The position numbers were made by a program, and so were the translations under genes. A DNA stretch of 64,000 nucleotides from Octopus bimaculoides (lineage: Eukaryota), in NCBI RefSeq assembly GCF_001194135.2, contig NC_068986.1, forward strand, positions 7,080,436 through 7,144,435. The letters run 5' to 3'. The notes under the pieces are model-generated. The model searched no databases and had not been told where the DNA came from. It worked only from the letters and a program-made list of their open reading frames with translations. The stretch's first letter is position 1, and each line of letters begins with the position of its first letter. This document shows, one piece after another, positions 50,957-63,760 of the stretch.

Positions 50957-51911
50957 AACAGCAGATATATTATAACTATTTCTAGATACTATATTATGAA
51001 TGTTTTTGCTGCAAATATAATGGTGGCAATTTGAATATCATTGTCTGCTTCTCCATTGTGGTATAAATTTGATGGAAATTTTAATGAGAATAAACTTCAA
51101 TTTGAAAAAAGATTGGAAATGAATAAGCCTCAAACACTAATCATAGGAAAAAAAAAAGATGAATGAAAATCTCTTTATGAAAACAGAAGATAACATTTTC
51201 TTTTCTTTATTCATGTTTTCATAAAAACATAGAATTATTTAAAATTATGGTTAGGAGAATATACAAACTCAGGGAGGAATCATTTAACTTTGGAAGCCTT
51301 GTTCAGTGCAGTCATGTTAACCCTGTTTCTCAAGCACTACTCATATCAAGAAAGCACCTCTAAACATGAAATATCCAGCTTTTAGAGTCCTCATTGTTGC
51401 CCCAAATGCTGGGCTTCCCTATCATCAAGGATCTTTCCTGGTAAAATCACATCCTTAGCGTAGCTAAGACTACACCCAAAAGACTATCCTTTCTCTCTAG
51501 GACCAGAAGATATTTTAGCCCCTTATAGCTGCTGACGTCTGGGATGCTGCTTTCTATGCATACATTCAGGGCAACATCCAGAGAAGGGTCACTTGGCTGA
51601 TTGGCACCTCATCACTAATGGACATACTCCTGTCTGCCAGCCTAATTTATGATTGCCTTATATAGTAATTGATCTTAGGATATTGAGTGGGGAAGTAAAC
51701 CAGGTACATTTTCTCTGAGGAACAACAACAAACTGTGAAATGGTCTAACTCTTCTTTCCATGCATCATGGGGAATAGCCTAATTTGCATATTTATGCACT
51801 TTAGAAATTTTAATGCATTATATTACAATCTGCTTTTAGTCATAGTTAGTACATTTTATTTATCTAATCCAAATGCAGTTATGCAATAAGTGCTTCTAAC
51901 TTTGAAGTCCA

Positions 51912-51961
<50 letters not shown>

Positions 51962-52095
51962 GGTATGGATGTGGCTAAAATGTTTGCTTTGCACCCATAT
52001 GGTTTTGAGTTCAATCCAATTGCATAGCATCTAGGACAAGTATCTTTTGCTATAGCTCTGAGCTATGAGTGGATTTGGTAGATGGAAACTAAAAG
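51962..52095 (+). mobile_element. tRNA-derived SINE (decayed)
   Basis: GGTATGGATGTGG...GAGTTCAATCC...GGACAAGTATCTT...GAGTGGATTTGGTAGATGGAAACT. Confidence 0.75.
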
Positions 52096-52099
52096 AAGC

Positions 52100-52690
52100 T
52101 TGTCATGTATATCATCATCATCATCATTTCTATTTTCCATGCTGGCATGGGTTTGAAGGTTTGACTGGTACTAGTAAGTCAGCTGCACCAAGCTCTAGTC
52201 TGTTTTGGTTTGGTTTCTATGACTGGATGCCCTTCCTAATGCCAACCACTTCACAGAGTGTACTGGGTGTCTTTAATGTACCACTGGCACAGGTGCCTTT
52301 AACATGCCACCAGCATGGGTGCCTTTTCTGTGTCACTGGCACTAGCTACAACTACAATACCACTAAGCTTGACATATTTTCTTAAGTGCAGAAATCACCA
52401 ACAGTCTGAGTCAGTTATCATCTCTGTGTGACTCAACATCCAAAGATCATGCTTCACCACCTCATCCCACATCTTTCTGAGTCTATCTCTACCACAGGTT
52501 GCCTCCACATTTAGAGATTGGAACTTCTTCATGCAGCTCTCCTCATCCATATGCATCACATGACCATACCATTTCAGTCTTCTCTCTTGCACACATCTGA
52601 TGCCTCTTATACCCATTTTTTCTCTTAAGGCATTCACACTGTTGTACATTTACATTAACCTTGCACATCCAATGAAGCATACTAGCTCAT
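52100..52690 (-). mobile_element. RTE ORF end plus RTE-type 3' end
   Basis: LREKMGIRGIRCVQERRLKWYGHVMHMDE..RKMWDEVVKHDL; CATCAT tail at about 52110. Confidence 0.85.
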
Positions 52691-52944
52691 ATCTCTTTGT
52701 CGTAACATCACATACTGATTAAAAGCAATGTCACCATTCTTACAAACACTGGCATTTGTTTGCAGTCCTCTGTGAAAACATGTCCAGCTAGTGTGTTGTT
52801 CATGTTTAAAAGGGAAATATTACCTTGTTTGGAAGCAGGAAACAATTGAGGGTTTGGAACAGGAAGAACCTTGACATAGAAAATCTGCTGCAACAAATTT
52901 TATCTGAGCCTTGCAAGTGTGAGAAAGTGGATGTTAAAATTATA

Positions 52945-53800
52945 TATATCATCATCATCATCGTTTAACATCCCTTTTCCTTGCTAGCATGGGTGGGACG
53001 GTATCACAAGAGCCAGTCAGGCCTAAGCCTGCACCAGACTTCTGTGATTGTTTTGGCAGGTGTTTTACAGATGGATGCCATTCTAACATCAACCATTCAG
53101 CAGAGTGGTCTTAGTGTATTTTACATGGCACAAGCACAAGTGAGGTGAGTAGTGTTTTTATATGGCACAAGCACAGGCAAGGTCAGTTTTGGCAAAGTTC
53201 TTACAGCTGGATGCCCTTCCAAACACTGACCACTTTACAGTGTGGACTGGGTGCTTTTAATATATATATTAAAACACATGTCTTGTTGTAGAGGAGGTAC
53301 ATGAATAATATCATCATCATCATAAATGATGATGATGATATTAATCATGTACCTCCTCTGCAGCAAGACATGTGTTCCTACCTCTGTCTCTCCATCACAC
53401 TTGAACCTTTCATCATCTGATACAAGATCACCTCCTTTAGTGTCCCCTCTTTCACAGGATCGTTGCCTTGCAAGTTACTTGGTGACTCTGCCAGTGTTGG
53501 TGGCATGCAAAAAGCATCCTTTCACACTGTGAAGTGGTTGGTATTTAGAAGGTCATCCAGCTGTAAAAATCATGCCAAAACTGACTTCACGTGCACTTGT
53601 GCCATGTAAAAGCATTCTGTCCAGTTTGTTGGGTAGTTGGTGCTAGGAAGGGAATCCAGCTGTAAAAACCGTGACAAAACAGACACAGAAGTCTCATGCA
53701 GGCTCCTGGCTGGCCAGCTCCTGTCAAACCATCTAACCCATGCCAGCATGGAAGGTGGATGTCAAACAGCAACAATGACGATGATGATGATGATGATATA
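52945..53800. mobile_element. Head-to-head pair of RTE-type 3' ends (52945-53260 minus; 53340-53800 plus)
   Basis: Tails CATCATCGTTTAAC at about 52950 and GATGATGATG at about 53790; shared CAGCTGGATGCCCTTCC / GGTCATCCAGCTG cores in opposite orientation. Confidence 0.8.
53273..53376. repeat. 104-nt near-perfect palindrome
   Basis: 51-nt arms at 53273-53323 and 53326-53376 with 3 non-Watson-Crick positions. Confidence 0.95.
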
Positions 53801-53859
53801 TATTGTAATTTTGCTTAGGCAAACTGATACTTCATCTGTTGCTAGAACTCAATATACAT

Positions 53860-54135
53860 ATCATCATCATCATTTAATGTCTGTTGTCCATGCTGGCATG
53901 GGTTGGATGGTTTGACCAGAGTTGGTAAGCTGAGGGGCTGCACCAGACTCCAGTCTGATTTGGCATGGTTTCTATGGCTGGATGCTCTTCCTAACACCAA
54001 CCACTCTGAGAGTTTAATAGGTACTTTTATATGTCACCGGCATGGATGCCAATTTCGTGACACCAGTATCTGCTACAACTGTGATTTCACTTGGCTTGAT
54101 GCATCTTCTTCTCAAGCACGGCATATAGCCAAAGT
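53860..54135 (-). mobile_element. RTE 3' end
   Basis: CATCATCATTTAATGTCTGTTGTCCATGCTGGCATGGGTTGG..., same as 37640-37900. Confidence 0.85.
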
Positions 54136-54289
54136 TTTCATTTTGCAGAGTTGGGAAAACCGTAATAAATGACTTCAATGTTAAATGTTCTCAATGAAAT
54201 GAGTTCCCAGTTTTTCATATACTTTGTTCCATAATGTTTCTCATTAGTATTCAAAAAGCTTTGTATGAATTATTTTTCTATTTTCCAAG

Positions 54290-54406
54290 TACAAGAGAAA
54301 GTTGAAGCTTTAAATGAACGCCTTGAGTCATATACAAACTGTAGCATTGATAAACCAGCTCCAGATATTACAGATTCATCAGAAATATCTGCCAAACCCA
54401 AAAGAT
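54290..54406 (+). CDS. WDR37: WDR37 coding exon 3
   Basis: TTTTCCAAG|TA...T|GTATGT; (L)QEKVEALNERLESYTNCSIDKPAPDITDSSEISAKPKR; phase 1 to 1; resembles vertebrate LRREIDTLNERL. Confidence 0.9.
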
Positions 54407-55719
54407 GTATGTATTTTATATGAATTTTATTTCTTTTTTGATGTGTATTCTGATTGTACTTAAAACTAATTTCCTGTGGGCCACAACAATATTCATGGAA
54501 TTATGTTAATGAAAAATTCCTCAGGCCATATTTTTTCTAAATCCCACATTACAATAGACATATCACAGTATTTGTCATTGTGATTGTAGGATAAGGTTTT
54601 TTATGTCTGACTTAGGTCAGATATGTGACTTACTAATCAACTTTAAGAGTGATTTGCTTTTTATTGAGGAAAAAAAATTGGAAAATGCTATAAAAGTGAT
54701 AAAAGTAAGAAGAAAACAAAAGAAACTGAATTTTGTCAATGTTTAATGTAACATCTGCAGAGATTAAAAGCCATCTTATGTTTGACAACTGCCATAAAAA
54801 AAAAGTGAGAAATTAAAAATTGAGAAAGAAGTCATACAAAGTAACATTGCAGGTCATAAATTATTGAATTAACCCTTTCGTTATTGTATTTATTTTCAGA
54901 TGCTCTGTGTTTTTTTCAATTAAGAAAGAATTTAGTAAAATAACGTAGTTATCATTAAGCTAGTGTTAGGAACATAAATTGTGACTAAGGTTTGATGGAA
55001 AATTTTTATTCAAAATATCATAATGCATTATAATTATTATTATTAATCTAGATTCTTTATTACACAAAAGATTATCCAATTGTTCTTTCAGTTTGTTGAT
55101 ATTTCCTCTGTATTATACCCCTTCTATTTTTTGAGAGGGTATTGAAGTCCTGTCTTTTGAACCCCATTCTATTGTAGTATTTAGTTCTGTTCTAAATTAG
55201 ACTGAAACTGTTGGCCCTGTGGGGATCTACTTGGTTCCAGGATTTATATAACTTTCAATGCCAACCCACTAGGTCTTCTGGATATAACTTACACCATAAA
55301 CTTGATGCCTTTGCTCCAAGGAGTAGAGTCTTTAAGCTACATCATCACCATAATCTTCATCATCATCATCATTTCTATGCTAGCATGGATTGGATGGGTT
55401 CTGTAATGTCTCACCATTCACTCTGGTACTTTGTCATCTCACATACAAAGCAATAAAATTTTTTAAAAATCAGAATTTGATGCTTGAGATTAAAGCATCT
55501 ACTTTGGTTGGTTGAAAGTCAGATAGTTAGTTTAGTGTAATTGTATCACATCTGTCTTGGTTATAAATGTGTGGTTTGAGTTCCACAGGTAACTGTCTGC
55601 CCCCTTTTTTTTTTTTAAGCCAATGTGCTATAAGCTTTTGTTTAGTGTTGAATTCCCTTTCAGATATACCTTTAGTAAAGTCTTATTTCTTGAGTAATTT
55701 GGAAGCTTTTCTTATTCAG

Positions 55720-55905
55720 CTGCAAGTCAAATTTCACAGAAGATCAAGTCAACCTATAAAGTATCAACTAGTAAAATAGTCTCCAGTTTTCGGACAGCTC
55801 CTACTGCATACAATTTAGTGAGGGAGTATTCTGGGCATCGTGATGGAGTATGGGAAGTCAGTGTGTCAAAAGCTGGGCATCCAGTTTTAGGTACAGCATC
55901 TGCAG
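55720..55905 (+). CDS. WDR37: WDR37 coding exon 4 (start of the WD40 repeats)
   Basis: CTTATTCAG|CT...G|GTAAGT; (S)[61 protein letters not shown], matching the WDR37 motifs KIVSSF, GHRDGIWDVSV and VLGTASAD. Confidence 0.97.
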
Positions 55906-56427
55906 GTAAGTTAATTGCTTGATTGCTTGTTGCATATAAGTGATTGTTTATTATATTTATAGTTAATCAACATACATCTCTTCAAAGAAATCACTTCTAT
56001 GCCGTAGCATGTGATAGACTCATTTATTATTTTGATCACCACTAGTTTCCTGGGACTAAGGTTTCATATTATTCTGGTTACATATAAAAAGGTAACATAT
56101 ATATTTCATTAATAATTCACTTCAAATTAATACAATTTGAATTTTTCCAATTATTAGTAATATAACATTATTTCTATTTACTCTGTTTTGACAGGTCTGA
56201 TCTATGATCCTCATGGGGTGTCTTATTCCTGGCTATGTTCATTTTACTTGATTGAATTTGAAATAGGAACCTTGATATCTAAACTCAGGCTGATAATAAT
56301 CTTGTTCACTATGTCACTGACATCTATACGTTTAATTTGTAATTTGTTATGGCAAAGAACAATCTTGATCATTGTATCAACTTCTACAAAAGAAATGAAT
56401 ACTCTGAATGACGAATAACCATTATAT

Positions 56428-56487
56428 AAGACTCCTAGCAGTTCCAAAGACTCCTAGCAGTTCCAAAGACTCCTAGCAGTTCCAAAG
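56428..56487. repeat. 19-bp tandem repeat, three perfect copies
   Basis: (AAGACTCCTAGCAGTTCCA)3. Confidence 0.97.
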
Positions 56488-58008
56488 CACAAAGCAAAGG
56501 TCAAACCAAATTCCTCTTTGTCTCTGACCCACTGAAATGTCTGATAGAATTCAGAGAATATGCAATATGCATAACTCAAGGTCTGGGTTCAAATACCACT
56601 CTTTTCAGATGTTTCACCAAAGTCTCAGGAACGGCTAGAATATAAATGGAGGATCTATAACATGCCATACTTTTGTAGAAAGTCCTGTAAAGGAGAAATA
56701 AAGGAGACTTGTTAAGACTGGAGGGAGGAACATAATGAAAATAGAGACACCTAAGTGAGGAATGACTGAATATATGATGTGGGAAAAAGTGATCAAAGGC
56801 TCTAAGGAATATAATTTCCATACTGAAAGATAAATACAGTAAAAACCTATAAAATCAAAAAATAGTCTATATAGCACTCGTTGGAAACAAAATAATATAG
56901 CTAGTGCCGATATTAGCTGAGTATGGTTGGCTTTTAGTGAAAAAAAAAATATATTTAAGCAATTTAAAATGTAACCTCAAATGTAATACATGCATCAGTG
57001 ATATTGAGAATAAGCGTCCATTTGCCATTAGTTTATAGTTAAAGACTCCTTGTCTGAATCGACAATGTAAATATATTTCCAAGGATAAGACACCTGATGT
57101 TGACTGAAGATTAAACCAAATGAAATATATTTTAGGTACAAATCTTGAAAAGGTTTCATCTCTAAAGATGTCACTAAGACACTTTATTTCATGTTGCTCC
57201 AGTTCACTCAGCTGTAGAAATGAGTTGTGACGTCACTGGTGCCAAGCTGTATCAGCCTTTGCCTAAGTCTAGTATGCATGGGTGACTGCTGGTCTTCCAT
57301 AAACAACCTTGCCTGGACTTGTGCCTTGGAGGGGAACTTCCTAGGTGCAATCCCACAGCCATTCATTTTTTATGAACAATAACTTATTCCAAACATTTGG
57401 ACATTTAATTTCTTAAAATTATTTAGGAAAAATTTCACTTTCACTTTTAATTTTTTTTTAAAGCCACAAGGCTGTAATTCTGTTATTTTTATATCCTGGT
57501 GTTGGATAAATAATTGAATGAAGCAGGGGGAAAGAAAGTATTCACACAATACACTACGGTTATTGTTACATGAGGTTAAATGCTGCCTGACAACAGCTCA
57601 CAGCAAACTGCTTCCTTAATCAATTGCTCACCGTTCTTTATTTTATAGCAATGAGTCATTCCACTTATAGTCACTTGGTGGGTGGTCAGAATCCTTCCAC
57701 AACAGTTATTCTTTGAGTTGGTAGTGCAACCTTGTTAATTTTGGCTACAGTAATTATAAGAAGCTACTCAAAACAAAATCCTATTAAATTCCAGATTATT
57801 GCAGATGATGATGACAATGGTAGTGGTACCACCAATGTCTGTTATTCTCATGATTCTCTCCAGCTTTGATGTTTCTCTGGGTTACCTATTTCACATCTCA
57901 GCTCCTTCCTGCCGCTTGGAGAAGCAACCCTTTCTTTAATCCATGCATTGTCCTGAGTACGGCCATCAGCTAGGTACTCTCAATAGGTCAGGTAGTTAGG
58001 GTTAGGCT

Positions 58009-58044
<36 letters not shown>

Positions 58045-58047
<3 letters not shown>

Positions 58048-59280
58048 TCATCATCATCATCATCATCATCATCTTCCATGCTGGCATGGCTTAGATGGTT
58101 TCATAGGAGCTGGCTAGGATGAAGACTGCTCCAGGCTGCAGTGTCTGTTTTGGTATGGTTTTTATGGCTGGATACCCTTCCTAACATCGACTGCCACACA
58201 GTGGTCTGAGTGCTTTTTATGTAGCACCAGCACTGGTAAGGTCACCAAGTAACTTGCAAGACAAAGATCCTTTGAGAGGGGAGGGAGCATTGGAGATGAA
58301 AAGTTAGTGTGGTAGGCAGAAACAGGTGTCTTGATGTAGAGGAGATACATGGTTACCTGGTTGGGGGGTGGGGGTGGAGAGAGAGTGAGAGAGATGGTGA
58401 AGTGAAGTGTCAGGACATACTCAAAAGGAACGGGGATCAGAATATAAATGGGATGGTAGAGTAGAGCAAGGAGGGAGAGATGGATGATAGCAAAGTTCCA
58501 GGAGATACCCTCAAGGTACGGGTGTCATTATATAAATGGCAGGATATTACTAAAAGTGTGTGAGTGATGAGTAGAGACTTCACATGGATGCAGAGAGGAG
58601 TGTGAGGGTTGTGAATGCAGTGCCTGGTGAAACCTGGGTGTATAAAGGGGGTGGGGAACTATGGGATAGCAATGATACAGTGAGCAGGGCAGGGAGGACT
58701 GGATTGGGGAATGAGAGGTAAGCATAGAGCATGAAAAGAGGAAATGTGAAGAAGAGAAGAGAAGATCATCATCATCATCGTCATCATCATCGTTTAACGT
58801 CCGCTTTCCATGCTAGCATGGGTTGGACGATTCGACTGAGGACTGGTGAAACCGGATGGCAACACCAGGCTCCAATCTAATTTGGCAGAGTTTCTACAGC
58901 TGGATGCCCTTCCTAACACCAACCACTCAGAGAGTGTAGTGGGTACTTTTACGTGTCACCCGCATGAAAACGGCCACGCTCGAAATGGTGTCTTTTATGT
59001 GCCACCCGCACAAGCCAGTCCAGGGGCACTGGCAACGATCTCACTCGAAAATCCTACGGGAGCCAGTCAGGCGGTACTGGCAACGGCCACGCTCAAAATG
59101 GTGCATCTCATGTGCCACCCGCACAAGAGCCAGTCCAGGGGCACTGGCAACGATCTTACTTGGCTTGCCGGGTTTGGTTTTTGAGGTAGGGTGTGGGAAA
59201 AGTTTTATTGTTACATGTGGGTGGAACACACAAGGCTTCTAGAATTCAGTTTCACTGAAGTGGGCAGATCTTCTCAAGAA
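58045..59280 (-). mobile_element. RTE-tailed element (family of 23868-25000) with a younger RTE 3' end nested at about 58766-59168
   Basis: 58660-58765 and 59170-59280 rejoin to match 24781-24990; the insert starts with a CATCATCGTTTAACGTCCGC tail. Confidence 0.82.
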
Positions 59281-60589
59281 CCATTGAAAATGGCAAATTC
59301 ATTATGAATATTAATCTTACTCATTAATTTAATTACAAATCTTAATGGAAAACATTTGTTATACCCCTGCTTGAAATTTGGTGGCATTGGGTGTGGCAGT
59401 ACAACCAATTCAGCAACCACCATATGCCACTGATATATGTATGACACCCTTCTTTTCAGTTGCATTGGTTGCTTGGTGCTATTGTAGAAGATACCTGCCC
59501 TAGGGGCTATGCAGTGGCACTGAAATTACAACCATATGGTTGCAATGTGAGCTTCTTAATCATATACAAAGTTGTATAATTTACTGGTTTGGCATTTCAT
59601 AATTTAATTATTCCATATTATTGGAATTAAAACTGTATCAGTTATAGTGGAATTTTTTTAGTCTCAGGATAATTGAGATTTTTGCTCTTGAATGGGTTAA
59701 CAAAATCTCTGAATCTCACTTCATTTAATGCCTGTTATTTCATTCTGCACACAAATTTATTAACTTATAAAAATAGAAACAGATGTACTTAAAGTGTTTA
59801 AAAATTGCATTGTTCAAACTGGTTTTTTTTAATGGTTTTCTCAGTGAAGTTTAAGTTACAATTTATAACATTTATTGCAAAAGCGTTATGTGAATAGTAA
59901 TTTTTCTAAAATGATTCATATACATTTTTACGAACACCGTTTTGGTTTTTCTCTGTATAATTATATAAAATATAAATATGTAATTATAAGTATCATCCAA
60001 GTGGATTGCAATTATAACAGAAAACGAGATGAAGCAATCATAATAGATAGCATTGAAAGAAGACAGACAGTTCAATAAACATGTTCACAAGCTGTTGTAG
60101 CTTCTTTGTCTTTCCTTCTTTCTCTTGCTATTGACTGCTGTTCAGATATTATTGACTACCATATTTATATGAGTATTTTATACACCTTTTTGTTGATTTT
60201 TAAACTTAAATATTAGGTGTGCACATTATAGACGAGAATTAAATGTGTCAAGTTATCACAATGTTTGTGATGGCATGATGGAAGTTTGTTAGTTGTATCT
60301 ATTGTCCAAGCAAACTGATGATTCACTGTAACAATGTTACATTTTTCTATAATGAGAATGCATTAAATTTTTAGTACAATTGTTAGACACAAGACCCTTG
60401 GAATTACTGCTATCAAACCTGAGTACACAAGGCCAGAATGTAATGATATTACCATTGTCAAAATATTCTTTGAGTTATTTAATGTGAAAATTAATAAAGC
60501 AATAAAGATTATATATAGATACTGTCATTATCAAAGTATAAGCTGTAAAAAAAATTAAAAACCCCTATTAGTTAAATAATATAATTATT

Positions 60590-60958
60590 CTAATGAATAT
60601 AAAAATCAAAATCAAATGGAAATTGCAGTTGTGATCCCCCGTACCGGTGGCACATAAAAATCACCATCCAAACGTGGCTGATGCCAGCGTTGCCTTGACT
60701 GGCTTCCGTGCTGGTAGCACATAAAAAGCAACAACCGATCGTGGTCATTGCCGGCCTCCTCTGGCCCCTGTGCTGGTGGTACATAAAAAGCACCCACTAC
60801 ACTCTCAGAGTGGTTGGCGTTAAGAAGGGCATCCAGCTGTAGAAACACTGCCAGATCAAATTGGAGCCTGATGCAGCCCCCTGGCTTCCCAGACCCTAGT
60901 TGAACCGTCCAACCCATGCCAGCATGGAAAACGGACATTAAACGATGATGATGATGAT
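60590..60958 (+). mobile_element. RTE 3' UTR with three internal modules and a (GAT)n tail
   Basis: GT(A/G)C(C/T)GGT(G/A)G(C/T)ACATAAAAA(G/T)CA at 60641, 60708 and 60770, followed by the standard 3' end. Confidence 0.92.
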
Positions 60959-61949
60959 CCATCATATACATGTCTGTTGCATGAACTAAAGTTTTTTTCA
61001 TAATGAATGTGTTTAGATTTGGCATTATGTCTTTTATTGCCTTCCATACTTATTGGATTTTCTCAGGTTAACCCTCAAGAGTAGACCTTACACTTTTACA
61101 GCCTGTACTCGTCAAGTTCAAATGTCACAGTTTTAAGTGGATGTTTCAGCAATTATAATACATCAGACTCAGCACTTCTTTTTCTTATACATCATAATAG
61201 AAAAAAACAGATTGTATTATACATGAGCTGTTTTTTCCAGGACTGCTTATATGGTGTGCATTATACATTGGTGCTCTTTATATTTGAATACATATTTTAC
61301 TGTCTTAGTCTCTCTCTCTTTCTCTCTGCCTCTCATTCAGATATTTATAGCATAACACACATAAAAACAAATTTGACATAACTGAGTTTGTATTGGAACT
61401 CATAAATTACAACTGAAATCTTCACGTGTTTTTGGATCCAGACTGGAATGCCAATCATTTTAGAAATGCTGGTTGCAGTTGCATACATTTATCTTTCTCC
61501 CACCATACACTTGCATTATTTCTTCATCAACATAGCCATTTGTTTGAGTGCTCTCTGTAATCTTATCATGCATTTTTAATCATTCAAATTTACATAATTT
61601 ATGTCAAAAGTAATTATGTAAAAATGTGTCAGGTGAATCATGTTTGACCTTGGATAATTCTGAATTCATTCCTCAATCTTCATAACCATTTTAAGATTGG
61701 TGAGATTGATGTGATTCGACAATTATGAAGTCAGTGGATGAGGTAAGGGGTAAGGAGAAAATTTGAGAGTGATAATATTCAAAGGACTGGGGGATGGGTA
61801 AAAATTTAAATGGAGGTAGGGAATGAGTGATTTAGCAAAATGAAATGGCATGTGAGCAGCCACTGCAAGGAGTATTAGTCCCTATTGAAAGGGGAGGACA
61901 AAGAGGCAGTAACTGCAGGTTGCAGTGTATTGATAATTGATTCCATGTT

Positions 61950-62900
61950 AATCTATAAGGTGATCTTTTTGTTTTGGTGGGGGGTAGCAAGTGAAATGAA
62001 GTCTGGGATGTTTGGTAACAAAATTGTGGGAATAGCAGCAGTCTAGTCTAGATCAGACTTGAGATGAACAGGAACTGTTTGGAGCTCGAATATGTTTGGC
62101 TTTAAACAGAATGACCAGCATTTTTGGATGTAATTTTTGTTGTGTTGTGGAAAGATTGAGAGATGTACAGAGTTCTTCCTGATTTTAATTGTTTTGTTCA
62201 TACCAAGTGTGGAGTAGAAGATCTAAGAGAGAAGAGGGATGAAAGCCTTAGATAGGAAGTTTGGTGGTTTGCAGTTCAATGTTTTGTTGATGTCAAGTTG
62301 TTTTTGCCTGAATTCTCTCAAAGAGAAGGACTCATTCATGAGTAACATAGAGAAATATATCTCCAGTAGATGCAACTTCATGGACTCTTTCCTTATAGTT
62401 ATTGAGAACGATGAAGGATTCAGGCTGTTGGGAAATATGGTTTTTAATAATTGTCTCTATCACCTTTGAGATGTTGAGAGTGAAATAAAGTAAGAATTTG
62501 TGGAGAAAAGGTGTAGCATCTCTTGATATGGGTTACTCTGCAACATGTTTCCAAAGACTGAGAGAGAAGTAAGTGGAAAGGAAGTAATTAAAAAGTTTGG
62601 TGAGGATAGGAACTAGCACTGGAATGATTTGTTTTACTGTAATGGAAGGATCACTGTAAGAACTATTGAAGTAGTCCGGTTGGATATGTGTGAAGTTGGG
62701 TGAGACCCTTGGAATCTTTTGCTTACTGAGGAATCAAACTGAGATGCAAGATGCAAGAACTAAGGATACAAGATTTTATGTCAACTGATAGGGTAACCTC
62801 CTGTTGTGTCATCTATGGTTGTGGACCATTGTATCTGATGGTAGGTTGCCATTGAGGATCTTACTATGCATAGCGAAGTGTTGTTAGCACATTGTGATAT
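61950..62900 (-). mobile_element. Ancient LINE RT remnant (CR1/Jockey-like)
   Basis: Reverse-strand remnants IPVLVPILTKLFN, ISKVIETII, STGDIFLYVTHE and LDINK with many stops. Confidence 0.5.
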
Positions 62901-63235
62901 TATATTTCCTTGCTAGAAACCTTGCAACAGTAGGAATATTAAACCGAGCTGTGTGTTGAGAATACCAACCCCACAGTATTTTGTCCAACTTTTTATTAAT
63001 TCTAGCAGCCATTGTTCTACATACTTATCCTTGTTCACTTCTATTCTTTTAACATACATGCCTATCAAAAAAAACTATTATTTTATCAACCTAACAAAGA
63101 AATACACAACATGAATTTAAAATCTTATACATATTCTGTGCTTAGTATTTCTTGAAATAAAATATTTTCCTCTAAGATCACAATTGATATTTCTTGAAAA
63201 TTATAAGTAATTTTATTATTTTTGATTACTTTTAG

Positions 63236-63420
63236 ATCATACGGCCCGTATTTGGTGCATTGAATCAGGTGTTGCTTTACAGCAGTATATTGGCCATCAA
63301 GGTTCAGTTAACTCAATCCGATTCCATCCTAATCAAGATCTAGCCTTAACAGGCTCCGGAGACAGAACTGCGCATATATGGAAAATGCAGTTTACTTTAC
63401 CGTCCCATTTGGAATTTATG
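63236..63420 (+). CDS. WDR37: WDR37 coding exon 5 (gene continues beyond the window)
   Basis: TACTTTTAG|AT...ATG|GTTAGT; (D)[61 protein letters not shown]; WD40 GH...WK signature; matches WDR37 GHVGSVNSIKFHP. Confidence 0.97.
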
Positions 63421-63535
63421 GTTAGTACTATGAAATATCTACTTTTATTTATTTGAAATTAATAGCATACTTCCACCTTTCAGGACTGTTTTAGTTTCAT
63501 GTGATGTTGAACAAATTTCTTTTGCTGTCATGATT

Positions 63536-63708
63536 GGTGTGGCTGTGTGGTAAGAAGTTTGTTTTCCAATCACATGGTTCTGGGTTCAGTTCTACTGTAT
63601 GGCACCTTGGGTGAGTGTCTTCTACTAAAGCCTCAGACTGACCAGAGCCTTATTAGTGGATCTAGTGGACAGAAACTGAAAGCAGCCTGTCATATGGATG
63701 TGGGTGTG

Positions 63709-63715
<7 letters not shown>
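63536..63715 (+). mobile_element. tRNA-derived SINE ending in (TA)n
   Basis: GGTGTGGCTGTGTGGTAAGAAGTTTGTTTTCCAATCACATGGTTCTGGGTTCAGTT...GGCACCTTGGGTGAGTGTCTTCTAC. Confidence 0.85.

Positions 63716-63758
<43 letters not shown>

Positions 63759-63760
<2 letters not shown>

Noticed and set aside
51400-51720. Possible ancient LINE C-terminal remnant (KRLSFLSRTRRYFSP)
   Set aside because: A single short motif; insufficient support.
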